Assembly: GCA_951406725.2 (NCBI GenBank)
Contig: OX597825.1
Location: forward strand, 36,704,001 to 36,768,000
Length of the DNA stretch: 64,000 nt
DNA from: Octopus vulgaris
Taxonomy: Eukaryota
Direction: 5' to 3'
Shown: in pieces, positions 52,291-64,000 of the stretch
Position numbering within the stretch: the stretch's first letter is position 1
How the letters are laid out: every line of letters begins with the position of its first letter
The notes under the pieces: model-generated
The model's database searches: none
What the model saw: the letters and a program-made list of their open reading frames with translations, nothing else
Told to the model about the DNA's origin: nothing
Made by a program: the position numbers and the translations under genes

Positions 52291-55200
52291 TTGGAATTTT
52301 TTCCAATAATAATAATGTAAATGACTTGAGGTGTTTACCTTGCCTTAATGTTGTGTCCTCTTTAACAAATGTACATACATACATACATACATATATATAT
52401 ATATGGCATACATGCACACACACAAACATGCAAAAAAGAATTGAAGGACACAGTCACCCACCCATAGAAGATGAAACCCCATGTTCTAATACAACACACA
52501 AAAGAATGGAAAAAGCAAAATGTATCAAATGAATTCTCTAGCTAAGTCTATGACTTGACATGATACCCACGGAACACCTGCAGTTACAACTAGATAATAC
52601 TTTAAATACACACACACACACACACTCACATATATAAATGAAATTTCCCCAATACAATTAGAGAAAAACTCGGCACATTGCTGTACTCAAAAAGACATGC
52701 CCACCATAACAGAATTGAGATCCTAAAACCAAGGTGCCATGTTAAATTATTGGTATTGGTGCCAGCGTCACGTAAAAAGGACTGGTGATGTTGTCGTGTA
52801 AAAAGCACCCTGTACACTCTGTAAAGTGGTTGGTGTAAGGAAGGGTATCCAGCCAAATAAACCAAGCCAAAATACACTATAGAACCTGATGCAGACCCTA
52901 GTCTTGACAATTCCTGTCAAGCTGTCCAACCCAAGCCAGCATTGAAAACAGATGTTTGATGATGACGATATAAAATACCTCATTTACCAATTTCAGAACT
53001 TACAAATTCTATGCCAAAAATGTTTTGCTGATCTTATGGAAGCTAACAGAATGTTACTAAAGAATTAATTGTTGAACCTGAATGGTTCAAAATATGGTTT
53101 GCATTCCAAATTTCCAAAAACATTTCAACATAGATGCTGATTTGCCTCTTACCTGTCACTGAATGTGGTGAATGTATGGCAGAATGAGTGGAGCATTGAA
53201 CAAAATCTTTTGTGGTATTTAATTATATTACTTCATTATTTTTTTTGAGTTCAAATCCTTCTTGGGTCTACTATGCATTTCATCCTTCAAAGGTTAATAA
53301 AGTAAAAACACAATGGCTCACTATAGTTGGCTGTTTCCAGTATGGAACAGTCAAATGACTGAAAACAGTAAAAGATGATACCCATTTGATTTCGTGTCTA
53401 ATTTTTCCATGCTAGCATGGGATGCATGAATATATTATTGAACAATGTTTCACAGCCAGATGCCTTCCTGTTTGCTAAGCCCATTTTTTGAGTAAGGGAT
53501 CTCTTATTTTGCACATCTAAAAAAGGTGCAAAGTGAGCAGATAATTTGTTGATAGATATAACAATGACACTACTTGCATGTCTGCAACTGTCATAAGAGT
53601 GCAAATGTAAATGAATACAGACATGCACACACCTACATACAGGATGGCTTTGTTTCAGTTTCCATCTATAAAATTCACTGACAAAAGATTTGGTCAAGCT
53701 GGGGCTATAGCAGCAAACACTTGACCAAAGTGTCACAGAGTAGGACAACTCAAAAGTATGAGGTTGAGAAGTGAATCGTGCTTAAGCTCAACCACCCAGC
53801 TATGTCAGTGCTTTGACACAACCAAGCATGCATGTAAGGATAGATGGTCAAATGGATGGGCAGACATGCATAGATACATTACATCCTTACCAACAATCAT
53901 CATGCATCTGTCTGTCATTTCCTCTTCCATGCCTTTCTCTATGCTTTTCTTGACTTTGTAATAACCTCACCCAATTCTATTTTATCATTCTTTTTTCTAC
54001 CAATGTCTAGGTCATGTTTCTTTTAACTACTCACATTACCATACATCATTCTCTTTTCTATCATCCTCTTGCTCCAATCACACTGGCTCTCTTCCCACTC
54101 AGCTGTGTGAAATGGAACTGAACAAATGAATAGAGATAACACAAGAATAGGAAACTCTCTCTACTCTTGCCAGGGATGAGTCAACCCTCTGGCGCCATTG
54201 AATGGAAACAACATAGCAGAGATGACTTTTAAGTGTTACCAGAGGCTGTACCAACCTCTCAATGCTGGTGCTATGATAAAATGAATTTAGTGCACATTCT
54301 AAGTGGTTAGAAAAATGAATGTGTGAGAGACTTGGTCACCAGTCAGCCTAAGAGAGTAGTAACTCTGAATCAGAAACTCAGGCAGATATGCTGCAAGGCT
54401 TCTGTATAGAGTAGATACAAATTAGCTGTTCAGCCTCAGATCAGTCTTGACCAAAGATCAGAAATATTCCACGATCATCCTTCTTTTTAGGTATCTAAGA
54501 CTAAATATATATATAATCTAAGGTGTCTTTTCTGTTTGAGATATCAAAAGATGTGGTTTAAGCAAGATTTAGCTTTATTTTTCACAGAACATGCAACTAT
54601 ACAGAAGCTCCCAAATTATTATCCATGAATCTAATGATTTGATTACTATTATATAGAACAAACGAAAAAATAAAATAAGTCCAAGGAGACAGATAGTTCG
54701 CTATTGGTTAAAAAAAAAGTTCATAAAAGCAGCAAAATAAAAGAAATTTGTGTGTTGTAGAGGAAATGAATGGCATTTCAGACAGAGCCTTTCCTTCTAG
54801 AGTAAAAATTCTCCAAAGATGGGTCTCAACCAAAACATCGCAGTGTACTTCTACTCTAGGCAAATTAACATTTGATGAACTTTTTTAGGTTGTGGGTTCA
54901 ATTGAAAAGATGTTATGTAAAAAAAATCTGGTTTGGGTTGCAGAGAAAACTTAATTCTACATGCCACAGTTCACCAATGTCTCAGAAATTGGTTCCAAAA
55001 TCTTCTTGGAATGTTACTTGCAACAGACTAGCATCCGACCTAGAGTGAAAACTAACTTTCACTTCCATGCTGTGAAGTGACCAACAAATAAATAAATATA
55101 TGAAACAGTTATAAATTGCCCAACACGCACATAGACGCGTGCATATAAACCATCAGCATATATAATATTTATGTGCAACAGTGGGGATAATGCCAAAAAC

Positions 55201-57589
55201 GAAGGAGGTGCTGAGTGAAATCAGTGACAATCCTAACAGACTTTCACATTAGATGCACGAAATCAGGTACAGAGGCGAATGGTGGAGGGGGTATATAATG
55301 TAGAGAAGTTGTGGAACAGGGTGTGGCAACCTGGTTAGAAATGTCCACAAGCTAGAACATTGAACTAAAGAGTTGTAAATCTATCCGTTGTGTGAATGCG
55401 AGGAAACAAATATGTTGGACGGTGTGGGCTTGTAAATAGTATGATATGTGTCCAATATGTGACATGTGGACAAATTAGTAACTTTACAGTGTCGATATGT
55501 TTGTTAATAATGCTGACGCTTTCAAGAACGACAATGCCAATTCTGTTAGGCGAATCAGAAACTACCAGAATATTTAGAAAACTTGTGTTTCTTTGGGGGG
55601 AAATTGCAATTCGCGCATCCATGTGTCTGAAAATAATTTTAATATTCGACTACATATATACAAACATAATATGAACATACATATGTGTGTGTGAGTGTTT
55701 ATCAATATGCAGTGAATTGAAAAACGGTTGAAAATTGCTGTTTTGTGTTGTGATTTGTGTGTATGTATTGATGATATCTCCATATAGGTAACACATATGG
55801 GTCTGTTAAAACACGAGGTGAGGCAGACGCGTGACAAACCGATTCTACAATACACAAAATGCAAAGAGAGATTTGGAGTGTTAGAACTAAGTTGTTTTGG
55901 CAATAAAACAAATATATACAAATTTACTTTCATTACAAAATGCATTTCATACACGAAAATCATAAATTTCCCCGGTCATATTTTTTTTTTGTTTGTTTCC
56001 GATGGAGTGAGTCACTAATTATCAACCATGTCATAGGTGTTTGTTCCATAAATAAGGACTTCTCTTGACACGGCAAATCATTTTTGCACCACTTAAATTT
56101 ATTCTAGATACAAGAGGAACAAAAAGTAGAATCGACCGCTGGGTGGGGCCTGAACTCAAAATGCAAAAACAAGTGGTCGGATACTTCACTGTCTTTGGGA
56201 TTTTACTATCCTTCCCTACAAATAAGATTGAATGTTCTGGTTTCTTCGTTTATGGGGCATGTTCTTAATGATGTTGATGTAATTTAGGGCCCCTATATTA
56301 TGGTAGTAAGTTGCTAATAGCGCTTGTACAGGTGAGAACCCAAGAGATTTTTATGTGATGGTTCGTCTTGTTAAAAATAGCAGCTAAATTTCTTCTTTTA
56401 AATCCCAACCTATCGTTTTTACAGATATATAACACAGCAGGTGGATACTGCATATATATTATATACACTATACTTGCAGAAAAATCCAAAAACAAAAAAA
56501 AAAGAGTAGCTATGACAGAAACGTATTTGATGATAAATCTACTCACTGAAAGTAAAACAACAATCAACATTTTTCAAAAGTAACAAAAAGGAAAAAAAAA
56601 ACATCTTTAGATTATGAAACGATAAAAGAATTATCGATAGAGTGGTTTATACAGAGATAAAAAAAATTTCATTCTCAAACTGAATTGTTTCTTGTAAAAT
56701 AAGTAAACAAATCGTGTATGTATCGTGACCGGTTAGCTTTTTATGAATACAGCCGGTGTTTAGTCCACATCGATCCTGATGCTCGAACAGGCCATTCCAG
56801 CTGTGACCATACGATCTTTTAAGGATTATGTAGATAAAGTAGACTACTACAGTGTTTTATATGTTCTTTCCTAAATTGAGGCGGTAGGGCTTGATCTGAG
56901 GGAGATGAGCATTTTGGCTGCTATTTCTAAAAAGTAGAACAAACTTTTTCTTTTATTTACCATTTTGTTATTTATTTCCAGCTTAAGTCGATCGAGCATG
57001 CCTTCATTAAAAGGCATTCCAACATTCAGCATCCCCTATTTGTAGAAGAATCACAAGATTCTAAGACACATTTAGTAAGGCGGGGAGGGGTAGGACGTTG
57101 ACCAGTATTTATTTTACCGACTTTGAAAGAATGAAAAGTGGTATAGGACTGCGGTCACAGAACAAAAGTGGGGAAGTAGCTAATTATTGCAAGAAATTAC
57201 CATCGCCTTACCAATTCTGCTAAGGCAGAGCCCTTATAATAATCATAATAATGATCTTATTTTTAAATTGGTATAAGGCGTGAAATGTATCGGAATGGGT
57301 ATAGTCGACTCCACAATTTGACTGGTACTTTATTTTATCGACCCCCGAACAAACAAAAGGCGAAAGTGATCTCGGCAGGATTAGAAACCACAAGTAAATA
57401 CCATTAGACACGTTGTTTTATTTTGTATTGACCGTAAGGGTCATGATATTGGAGACAATGTGAGGAAGAAATGTAAATATAGTTGGAGATTAATTCCTTA
57501 AAAAAAAAAAGACAGAACCACTAATATGAAACCAATGACAAAGAAATAACAAAATAATATATATAAATAGTATCTCTGACAAAACATAC

Positions 57590-57996
57590 CTGAGTGACTT
57601 GACTGCGAAGTATATGACCACGATGGAAGTAATAGCTATCAACACATACAAAGTCCTCAGTAGCATGCCTTTGTTTTTTTGAAATTGGTCAGCAATGTGA
57701 TGAAAACTGGACGTATGGCTGTTGTTGACTGTGCCATTGTTGCATGAAGAGGAAGAATTGGCACTGTTAGATGAAGGTGAACAGCTGGAAGAGGCTGGTG
57801 GGCTCAACGTGGAAGATGATGTTTTTAATGTTGTTGTTGATGATAATTTTTCTGTGACTTGCCTGCTGAAGATTTTCTTTGATTGTTCTAAACCGTTTAC
57901 CGAAATGGAATTGTCGGTAATAAGTATTGCAGACAAAATCAAAAACACCGACCAAATCGAACAGAAGCAAATATTGTTTGGTAATAATGCATACAT
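57590..57996 (-). CDS. FAM174: First coding exon of a FAM174-family (DUF1180) type I membrane protein
   Basis: GCCACG-ATG start, hydrophobic N-terminus, Ser/Thr-rich ectodomain and TM segment RTLYVLIAITSIVVIYFAVKSLR typical of FAM174; phase-2 donor AG|GTATGT at 57590/57589; polypyrimidine acceptor at 58229-58228 upstream suggests a 5' UTR intron. Confidence 0.75.
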
Positions 57997-58883
57997 CGTG
58001 GCAATGTGCGTATGTATTTATATAGCAGTATGAATTTATATTGTTTAATTTGATAATTAAACAATTTCCGTTTTATTTGTGGTTTCTTGTAGTTTTCCTG
58101 TAGACATTAAACGTTTAGGTGTTCCTCACACTTTGATGTGTTTGTTATCCAAAACAAAAACTCGATAGTCAACAATGTTAATATTAATAATTCCTTGCAT
58201 AAGCTCAATTAAATAAAGGCATCATATCTATAGAAAGGGGAAAAAAAGAAAAAAAAATGTTCAGACAGAAATTACAGAAAGTTAAAAGACTTCCTGATTC
58301 TTATAGAACAGAAAAAACAAAAAGAAAATATACAATTACAATTAAATTTTTTTAAATGAATAATCTCAAGAAAACACAATAATAATCATCAGATAAATGA
58401 TACAAATAAAAAAGACACCACTAACAACGACCCATCACAATGGCAAAATTATGAAATACTATATACTCGTATGTTTGTATGAAGTCTTTACTAATTAAGT
58501 ACATATGAATTTGCGTTGTGTGTGTGTGTATATATATATATAACACCTATGTATGTCGTGTTTGTTTTACAAATATATATTCGTATAAAAATAATACATC
58601 TTACGTTTTCTTTGTTTCCTCATGTAAATCTTAATTAGTATTAAAATTGCAAAAACAAGATAATTGTAAGACCAATAATAATAGGTTAATATACTTATAA
58701 CAGAGACACATATATATATATATCTATGAAGAAAAAAAACAACAAATAATCTATGCCACCCACCGAGACCAAGATTAGAGCCGACGTAAATATAGGAAGC
58801 AAGGAGAGAGACAACTGGTGAAAATCATGGCTCGACTCTGTTTTGTTTGTTACGATAATCACTTTCCTCCCTATGTACACACC

Positions 58884-59030
58884 TTCTCTCTCTCAAACTC
58901 TCTTCTCTTACTCTATCTGTCTGCCTCTCTCTCAAACTCTCTTCTCTTACTCTATCTGTCTGCCTCTCTCTCTCTCAAACTCTCTTCTCTTACTCTATCT
59001 GTCTGCCTCTCTCTCAAACTCTCTTCTCTC
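58884..59030. repeat. ~36-40-bp CT-rich tandem repeat, 4 units
   Basis: CTCTCTCAAACTCTCTTCTCTTACTCTATCTGTCTGC repeated. Confidence 0.9.
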
Positions 59031-59719
59031 ACTCCATCTCTCTCGTATTCTTTTATTATTCTCATTCTCTCTTTTGCTCCTTATTATTTCCCTTTCGCTT
59101 TCTCACACTCTTTTGCTCCTTTCTTTATTTCTCTCTCTCTCTCCCTGTTTCGCTATTCTGCTTTCCCTTTTACGACAACAACGTTCCCTCCCTTTCTAAC
59201 ATTATTCTTTTCCCTCTCACTTCACTCTCACCTTCTTACTCTGTCTTACTAACGCGCTTCCTTCGTATTTTCTCTATATCTTTCTCTCTTTTTTTTTCAT
59301 TTATATCTCGTCATAACGAGAAGACAACGTGATTAATATTAAAAAAAAAAAAATGAAACAGAAACATGTTCGTCTTATTCCGGCAATTGTCGTCAATATC
59401 CGGTGAAAGTAGCCTTTCACTTCCCGTTCCACGTTGCTAAATAAATTCCACGTGAGTTTTCGCGGAGAAAGGAAGGAAAGGAAAACAGAGCTAATTGCTT
59501 TCATTTTCTCTATCGTTTTCTTTCACCAGAAGACGTCGTAAAATTGTAACTTTTCACGACTTCGTGTTGTTCTTTTAGTTCTCAGTCATAACTTTCTATT
59601 GTTTATTTTGGTTGTTCATAACAACTAATCGATTCTCAATCATATAGATACCTCCTCTCCATATTATTTTTATTACGTGTCAATATGCTCGCAGGCAAAC
59701 ACCTGCTAACTGGTTACTC

Positions 59720-59760
<41 letters not shown>

Positions 59761-61315
59761 CACACACACAAACACTCAAACCTGCAGTCGGTCAAACACA
59801 CCGCCCGCTTTTAAAACCCACACCTGATCTCAGAAAACCTTTAGCTATGTTCGCTGTTAAAAGCGTGCGAATCAGACACCTGATACCCTTCATATCCGAA
59901 TCTATTTATTTCCTACATATGTTCATTCAGACAAGGCTTAATCTCACCGGCTACAGAAACCGAATGTTCTGATCTCTCCATCTCTGTATAAATGTGTATG
60001 TATGTATGTATATATATATATATATATAGATAGATAGATAGATAGATATTTATACAGAACGTGTACACACACGAAGAGGATACCAAGCTGATCAGTTTGG
60101 TAAATTTCAAATTAAAAATGATCGGACTTTTTTCTTCCGGTCCCGGAACTTTTTTTTTTTTTTTTATGTATGTCTGTTTCACTTTTACTTTACCCGAATG
60201 TCTGCACACCAATATCGCCACAAGTCTAGGAGTGAGGTCTGCAAGGTCTATTGGGAACTGCTTGTCATCATCACCTGATTAATTTTATAAAACGAACACT
60301 CACTGTCACGCGCTCTCACACACCCTAATAACATCCACGTATTAATTTACGTTACAACCTCTAATTCCTCCAAGCTCGACTTAGCTGTTTCATCCATAGC
60401 AGTTGAAATAAAATATCAATAACTAGTGTTGAAATATATTTGAGCGCTCTTTCCTACTAAATTCTGCTACCGGCCTTGCCCTTATCTTAGCAGACACTAA
60501 TTGGTAAGTCCTCAACCGGACGGAAAAGGTGGCAAGATGTAACTTAAATGATAAATAAATATTCTAAAGGTAGAAGCTGCTGTGAGATACAGACCATTTC
60601 TTTAACTAGAATACAACATTACTAGGGAGTGGACAATATGGTGGGGAAATATTGGTCTCAAATTTTAGCACAAGGCCAGCAATTTCGGGGGAGGGGATAA
60701 GTCAATTACATTGCTACCAGTGCTCAACTGGTACTTATTTTATCAACCCCGGAAGGATGAGAGACAAAGTCTACCTCAGCAGTATTTGAACTCAGAATGT
60801 GAAATCTAATGAAATGTCGCTAAGTATTTTGTCCAGCATGCTAACAATTCTGACTCCTCATCACCTTAAGGTGATGAAGTATTACAACGAGGTAGAGTGA
60901 GAGCTAGCAATTAGTTATGTGATGGGCTTGGAAAGAATAGAACTGTTACAGCAGTGGTGACGCGGTTAAGAAATTTGCTTCCCAATAACATGGTTTCAGG
61001 TTTCAGGCAAGTGTCTTCTACATGTCTAGGCCAACCAAATCCTTGTGACTGGATTTAGTCTTTGGAAACTGAAAGAAGCTCATCATTATATATTCATTTT
61101 CTGCATTAAATGGAGAAGTGGTGATAAGTGCCCGTGCTGGTGGCACGTAAAAGCACCCACTACACTCTCGGAGTAGTTGGCGTTAGGAAGGGCATCCAGC
61201 TGTAAAAACTCAGCCAGTTCAAGACTGGAGCCTGGTGCGGCCATCTGGTTTGCCAGCCCTCTCAGTCAAACCGTCCAACCCTTGCTAGCATGGAAAGCAG
61301 ATGTTAAACGATGAT

Positions 61316-61538
61316 GATGATAACAAAGATAAGCTTAAAGTTTAGCAATCACCGTGTATTGACTGAAGAAAATAGTCTAATATTGAGACATATAAACCCT
61401 CTATGGAATATAAGGGGCGTTGGTTTGAGTCCCATGCATACTGACGCCCACTTTTTTCCATTGAGGGCTTTTATGCCCTAATATTAGACTATTTTCTTGG
61501 TGATTACATATAAGCTTAAAGCTTAATGTTATTATCAT
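61316..61538. repeat. Imperfect foldback (~100-bp arms)
   Basis: AAGAAAATAGTCTAATATT...CCCTC.ATGGAA...GGGCGT versus ACGCCC...TTCCAT.GAGGG...AATATTAGACTATTTTCTT. Confidence 0.8.
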
Positions 61539-61613
61539 TTACGGATATATATATATAGATCAGTAGCCACTACGCAAATTTTTTTTCTTTCCTTATTTTT
61601 TTTCTCTGTGTCC

Positions 61614-61649
61614 CTTTCTGTAGAAGAGCGTAGGCTCGAAACATAAAAG
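61614..61649 (+). ncRNA. Degenerate minimal type I hammerhead motif
   Basis: CUUU-CUGUAGA-a-GAGC(guag)GCUC-GAAAC-AU-A-AAAG, inside a ~190-bp element flanked by (TA)n. Confidence 0.55.
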
Positions 61650-61751
61650 ACTTTCTATTCCTGAGTGTTATACTAAAGCATCTGTTTGTTTTGTACACTA
61701 TATGTCTTCGTCTTTTGTTTTTTCGTGAACTCTCCTATATATATATGTATA

Positions 61752-62385
61752 TCATCATCATCATCGTTTAACATCCACTTTCCATGCTGGCATGGGTTGG
61801 ACGGTTTGGCTGAGGACTGGCAAGCCAGGAGGCTGCACCAGGCTCCAATCTGATCTGGCAAGGTTTCTACAGTTGGATGCCCTTTCTAATGCCAACTACT
61901 CTGAGAGTGTAGTGGGTGCTTTTTACGTGTCACCAGCATGTGGAACAGTCAGGGGTCACTAGCATCAACCATGCTCAAATGGTGCTTTTTACGTGCCACC
62001 AGTATGGGAGCCAGTCAGGCGGCACTGGAATTGACCATACTTCTATGGTGTTTTTTATGTGCCATCAGCATGGGAGCCAGTCTGGTGGCACTGGCATTGA
62101 CCATGCTCAAATGGTGCTTTTCAAGTGCCATCAAGCATGGGTGCCAGTGAAGCAGTACTGGCATCAACCACAACAGTGACTTTAACGACTCAATAGGTCT
62201 TCTCAAGCACAGCACATTGCCCAATGTTTGAAGGGAACTCTTAAGTGGGCTGGTTATACAACACTGGCATAGGCCGTAACTACAATCTCACTTAACTTGC
62301 CAAGTCTTCTCTAGCACAGCTTATCTCAAAAGGTCTCAGTTGCTTGTCATTGTATCAGTGAAGCCCAACATTCAAAGGCCATGCT
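61752..62385 (-). mobile_element. RTE LINE 3' UTR with four ~63-bp internal tandem units
   Basis: Reverse complement of the 7900-8425 tail; GGTGCTTTTTACGTGCCACCAG unit repeated across 61915-62170. Confidence 0.8.
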
Positions 62386-62416
62386 ATATACATATATATA
62401 TATATATGTGTGTGTG

Positions 62417-62460
<44 letters not shown>

Positions 62461-62477
62461 TATATACAAATACATAT

Positions 62478-62519
<42 letters not shown>

Positions 62520-62699
62520 CACCCGCTACACTCTCGCAGTGGTTGTTTTTAGGAAGGGCATCCAGCTGTAGAAACCTTGCCAGATCAGATTGGAGCCTGG
62601 TGCAGCCTCCTGGCTTGCCAGCCCCCAGTCAAACCGTCCAACCCATGCCAGCATGGAAAACGGATGTTAAACGATGTTGATGATGAAGTAAAATAGACA

Positions 62700-63120
62700 G
62701 GTGCAGGTATGGCTAAAATGTCTGCTCCCCAAACACATGGCTTCAGCTTCAATCCCACTGTGTTTCAACTTGGGCAAGTATCTTCTATTATGGCCCTGGG
62801 CCGACCAGAGTAATGTGAGTAGATCTGACAGACAAAATTTGAAAGACATTCCTCATGTATGTATATGTATGCATATATGTGTGATTGTATCTCCTTGTCT
62901 TGACATCATGTGATAGTTTGTTAATGATTATCACCGTCATATATGTAGTGTCCATTTCTAATTATCTGAAAGAATATGTCTGGCCATGGGAAAACATTAC
63001 GTTGTTTGAAAACAGGTGAAGGTTAGTGGCAGAAAGGCATCTAGCAATAGAAAATCTGCTTCCATAAACTCCATCTGATTCATACATGCATAGAAAAGTA
63101 AGCATTAAAATGATGATGAT
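62700..63120 (+). mobile_element. SINE with family D head and RTE-like 3' tail
   Basis: D-type head; tail ends GCATAGAAAAGTAAGCATTAAAATGATGATGAT. Confidence 0.75.
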
Positions 63121-63446
63121 TTGCTGGTGATGAGTGACATTAGTCAAGTGAGAAACTGAGAATAGAAGGTTTATGAGGTTTCCTAATGTTTTTGTGTTAT
63201 GAAGATGAGTTGTGTGAAGTGTTCTGAAATGGAAAGACAGCATGTTAGCAAGAATGAAGATGCTATTAGGAGGAGTGTAACCTTAATAACATTGACATAT
63301 TTGTTATTGATGTTAAGGAAAAGAAAGAGACATAGAAATATTAGACTGAGAAGTTTATGAATAAAGAGCATGAATGGAATGGCATGAACTATCCTAAATG
63401 GAATTAATATGGCGACCTGCTGTTGAAGTTAGCTTTAGCATGGTTT

Positions 63447-63670
63447 TTAATCCTTCAGCATTCAGATTTCTTTGTCAAATATAATGCTTATTTATTCAGT
63501 GTTTTGAATTAATCATGCATTGTCTTGTAGCTTCAAGATTTCAGTGGTATGTTTGTATATTTTTAGAATGACATTGTAGGGGAGGTGTGAGAGGTTGGAT
63601 CTGTTCAGTTTTAGCATAAAACACAGAATATTAGGTGCAGTTATGGCTGGTTTAAGTGCTAACAGCTTAA
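63447..63670. mobile_element. MITE family A
   Basis: TTAA at both ends; body homologous to 26779-26980. Confidence 0.75.
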
Positions 63671-64000
63671 CATAGAGAAAGCAACTGATCCATCATGGAT
63701 AATCACTGAGATGTTAAAATTTCAGGTTATGTAAAAATTAAATTAGTTCCTTGCTTAGTTAATTTGGACATGAAAGATATATTCTAAATGACTGAATATA
63801 GCAATATGCTCAAAAGGGATGCATCTATGAAGGCACAAAATGTTGGCTGAGTTTGAGCAAGTTAATGCAAGATCAGGTCAGATACATTGAGAATTGTATT
63901 AGGATGTGAAATCATGTATACTGTATTTTTGTTAAATAATCACAAAACAAAGTCCAAGCAAAGAATAAAAAACTCTGTCTTGTATTTGAGAAGGCTTGGA

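Larger units (their letters stand above)
55080..60560. promoter_or_regulatory. CpG-retaining (likely unmethylated) promoter/5' region
   Basis: CG dinucleotides are visibly frequent here and scarce elsewhere; the zone surrounds the first coding exon and is poorer in intact SINEs. Confidence 0.6.

Noticed and set aside
57490-57589. Second hydrophobic segment of the 168-aa ORF
   Set aside because: It lies past a strong GTATGT donor in T-rich sequence, so it is probably intron read-through
57722-58033. Acidic plus-strand 103-aa ORF
   Set aside because: Antisense shadow of the Ser-rich FAM174-like exon
58818-59252. Leu/Ser-rich 118-144-aa ORFs
   Set aside because: Products of a CT-rich tandem repeat

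Overview
AT-rich, repeat-dominated animal genomic DNA. The SINE families and dense (TA)n/(CA)n/(TAA)n microsatellites look like a coleoid cephalopod (Octopus-like); this is pattern recognition, not a database result. Only one host coding exon is supportable: a minus-strand FAM174-like type I membrane protein exon (57996-57590) ending at a GT donor. It lies in a CpG-retaining zone of about 5.5 kb that behaves like an unmethylated promoter. The remaining ~55 kb is probably its intron and is CpG-depleted. It contains a decayed Penelope-like element, two R4/Dong-type RLE retrotransposons inserted in (TAA)n runs next to SINEs, RTE LINE fragments, a Gypsy integrase fragment, an internally deleted piggyBac matching a TTAA-MITE family, hAT and mariner MITEs, modular tRNA-SINEs and several foldbacks. 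The least obvious signal is a set of mutually unrelated small elements, each carrying a degenerate type I hammerhead ribozyme and mostly embedded in microsatellites. One also has a tRNA-like Pol III head inside an inverted repeat. Repeat boundaries were read by eye and are approximate.
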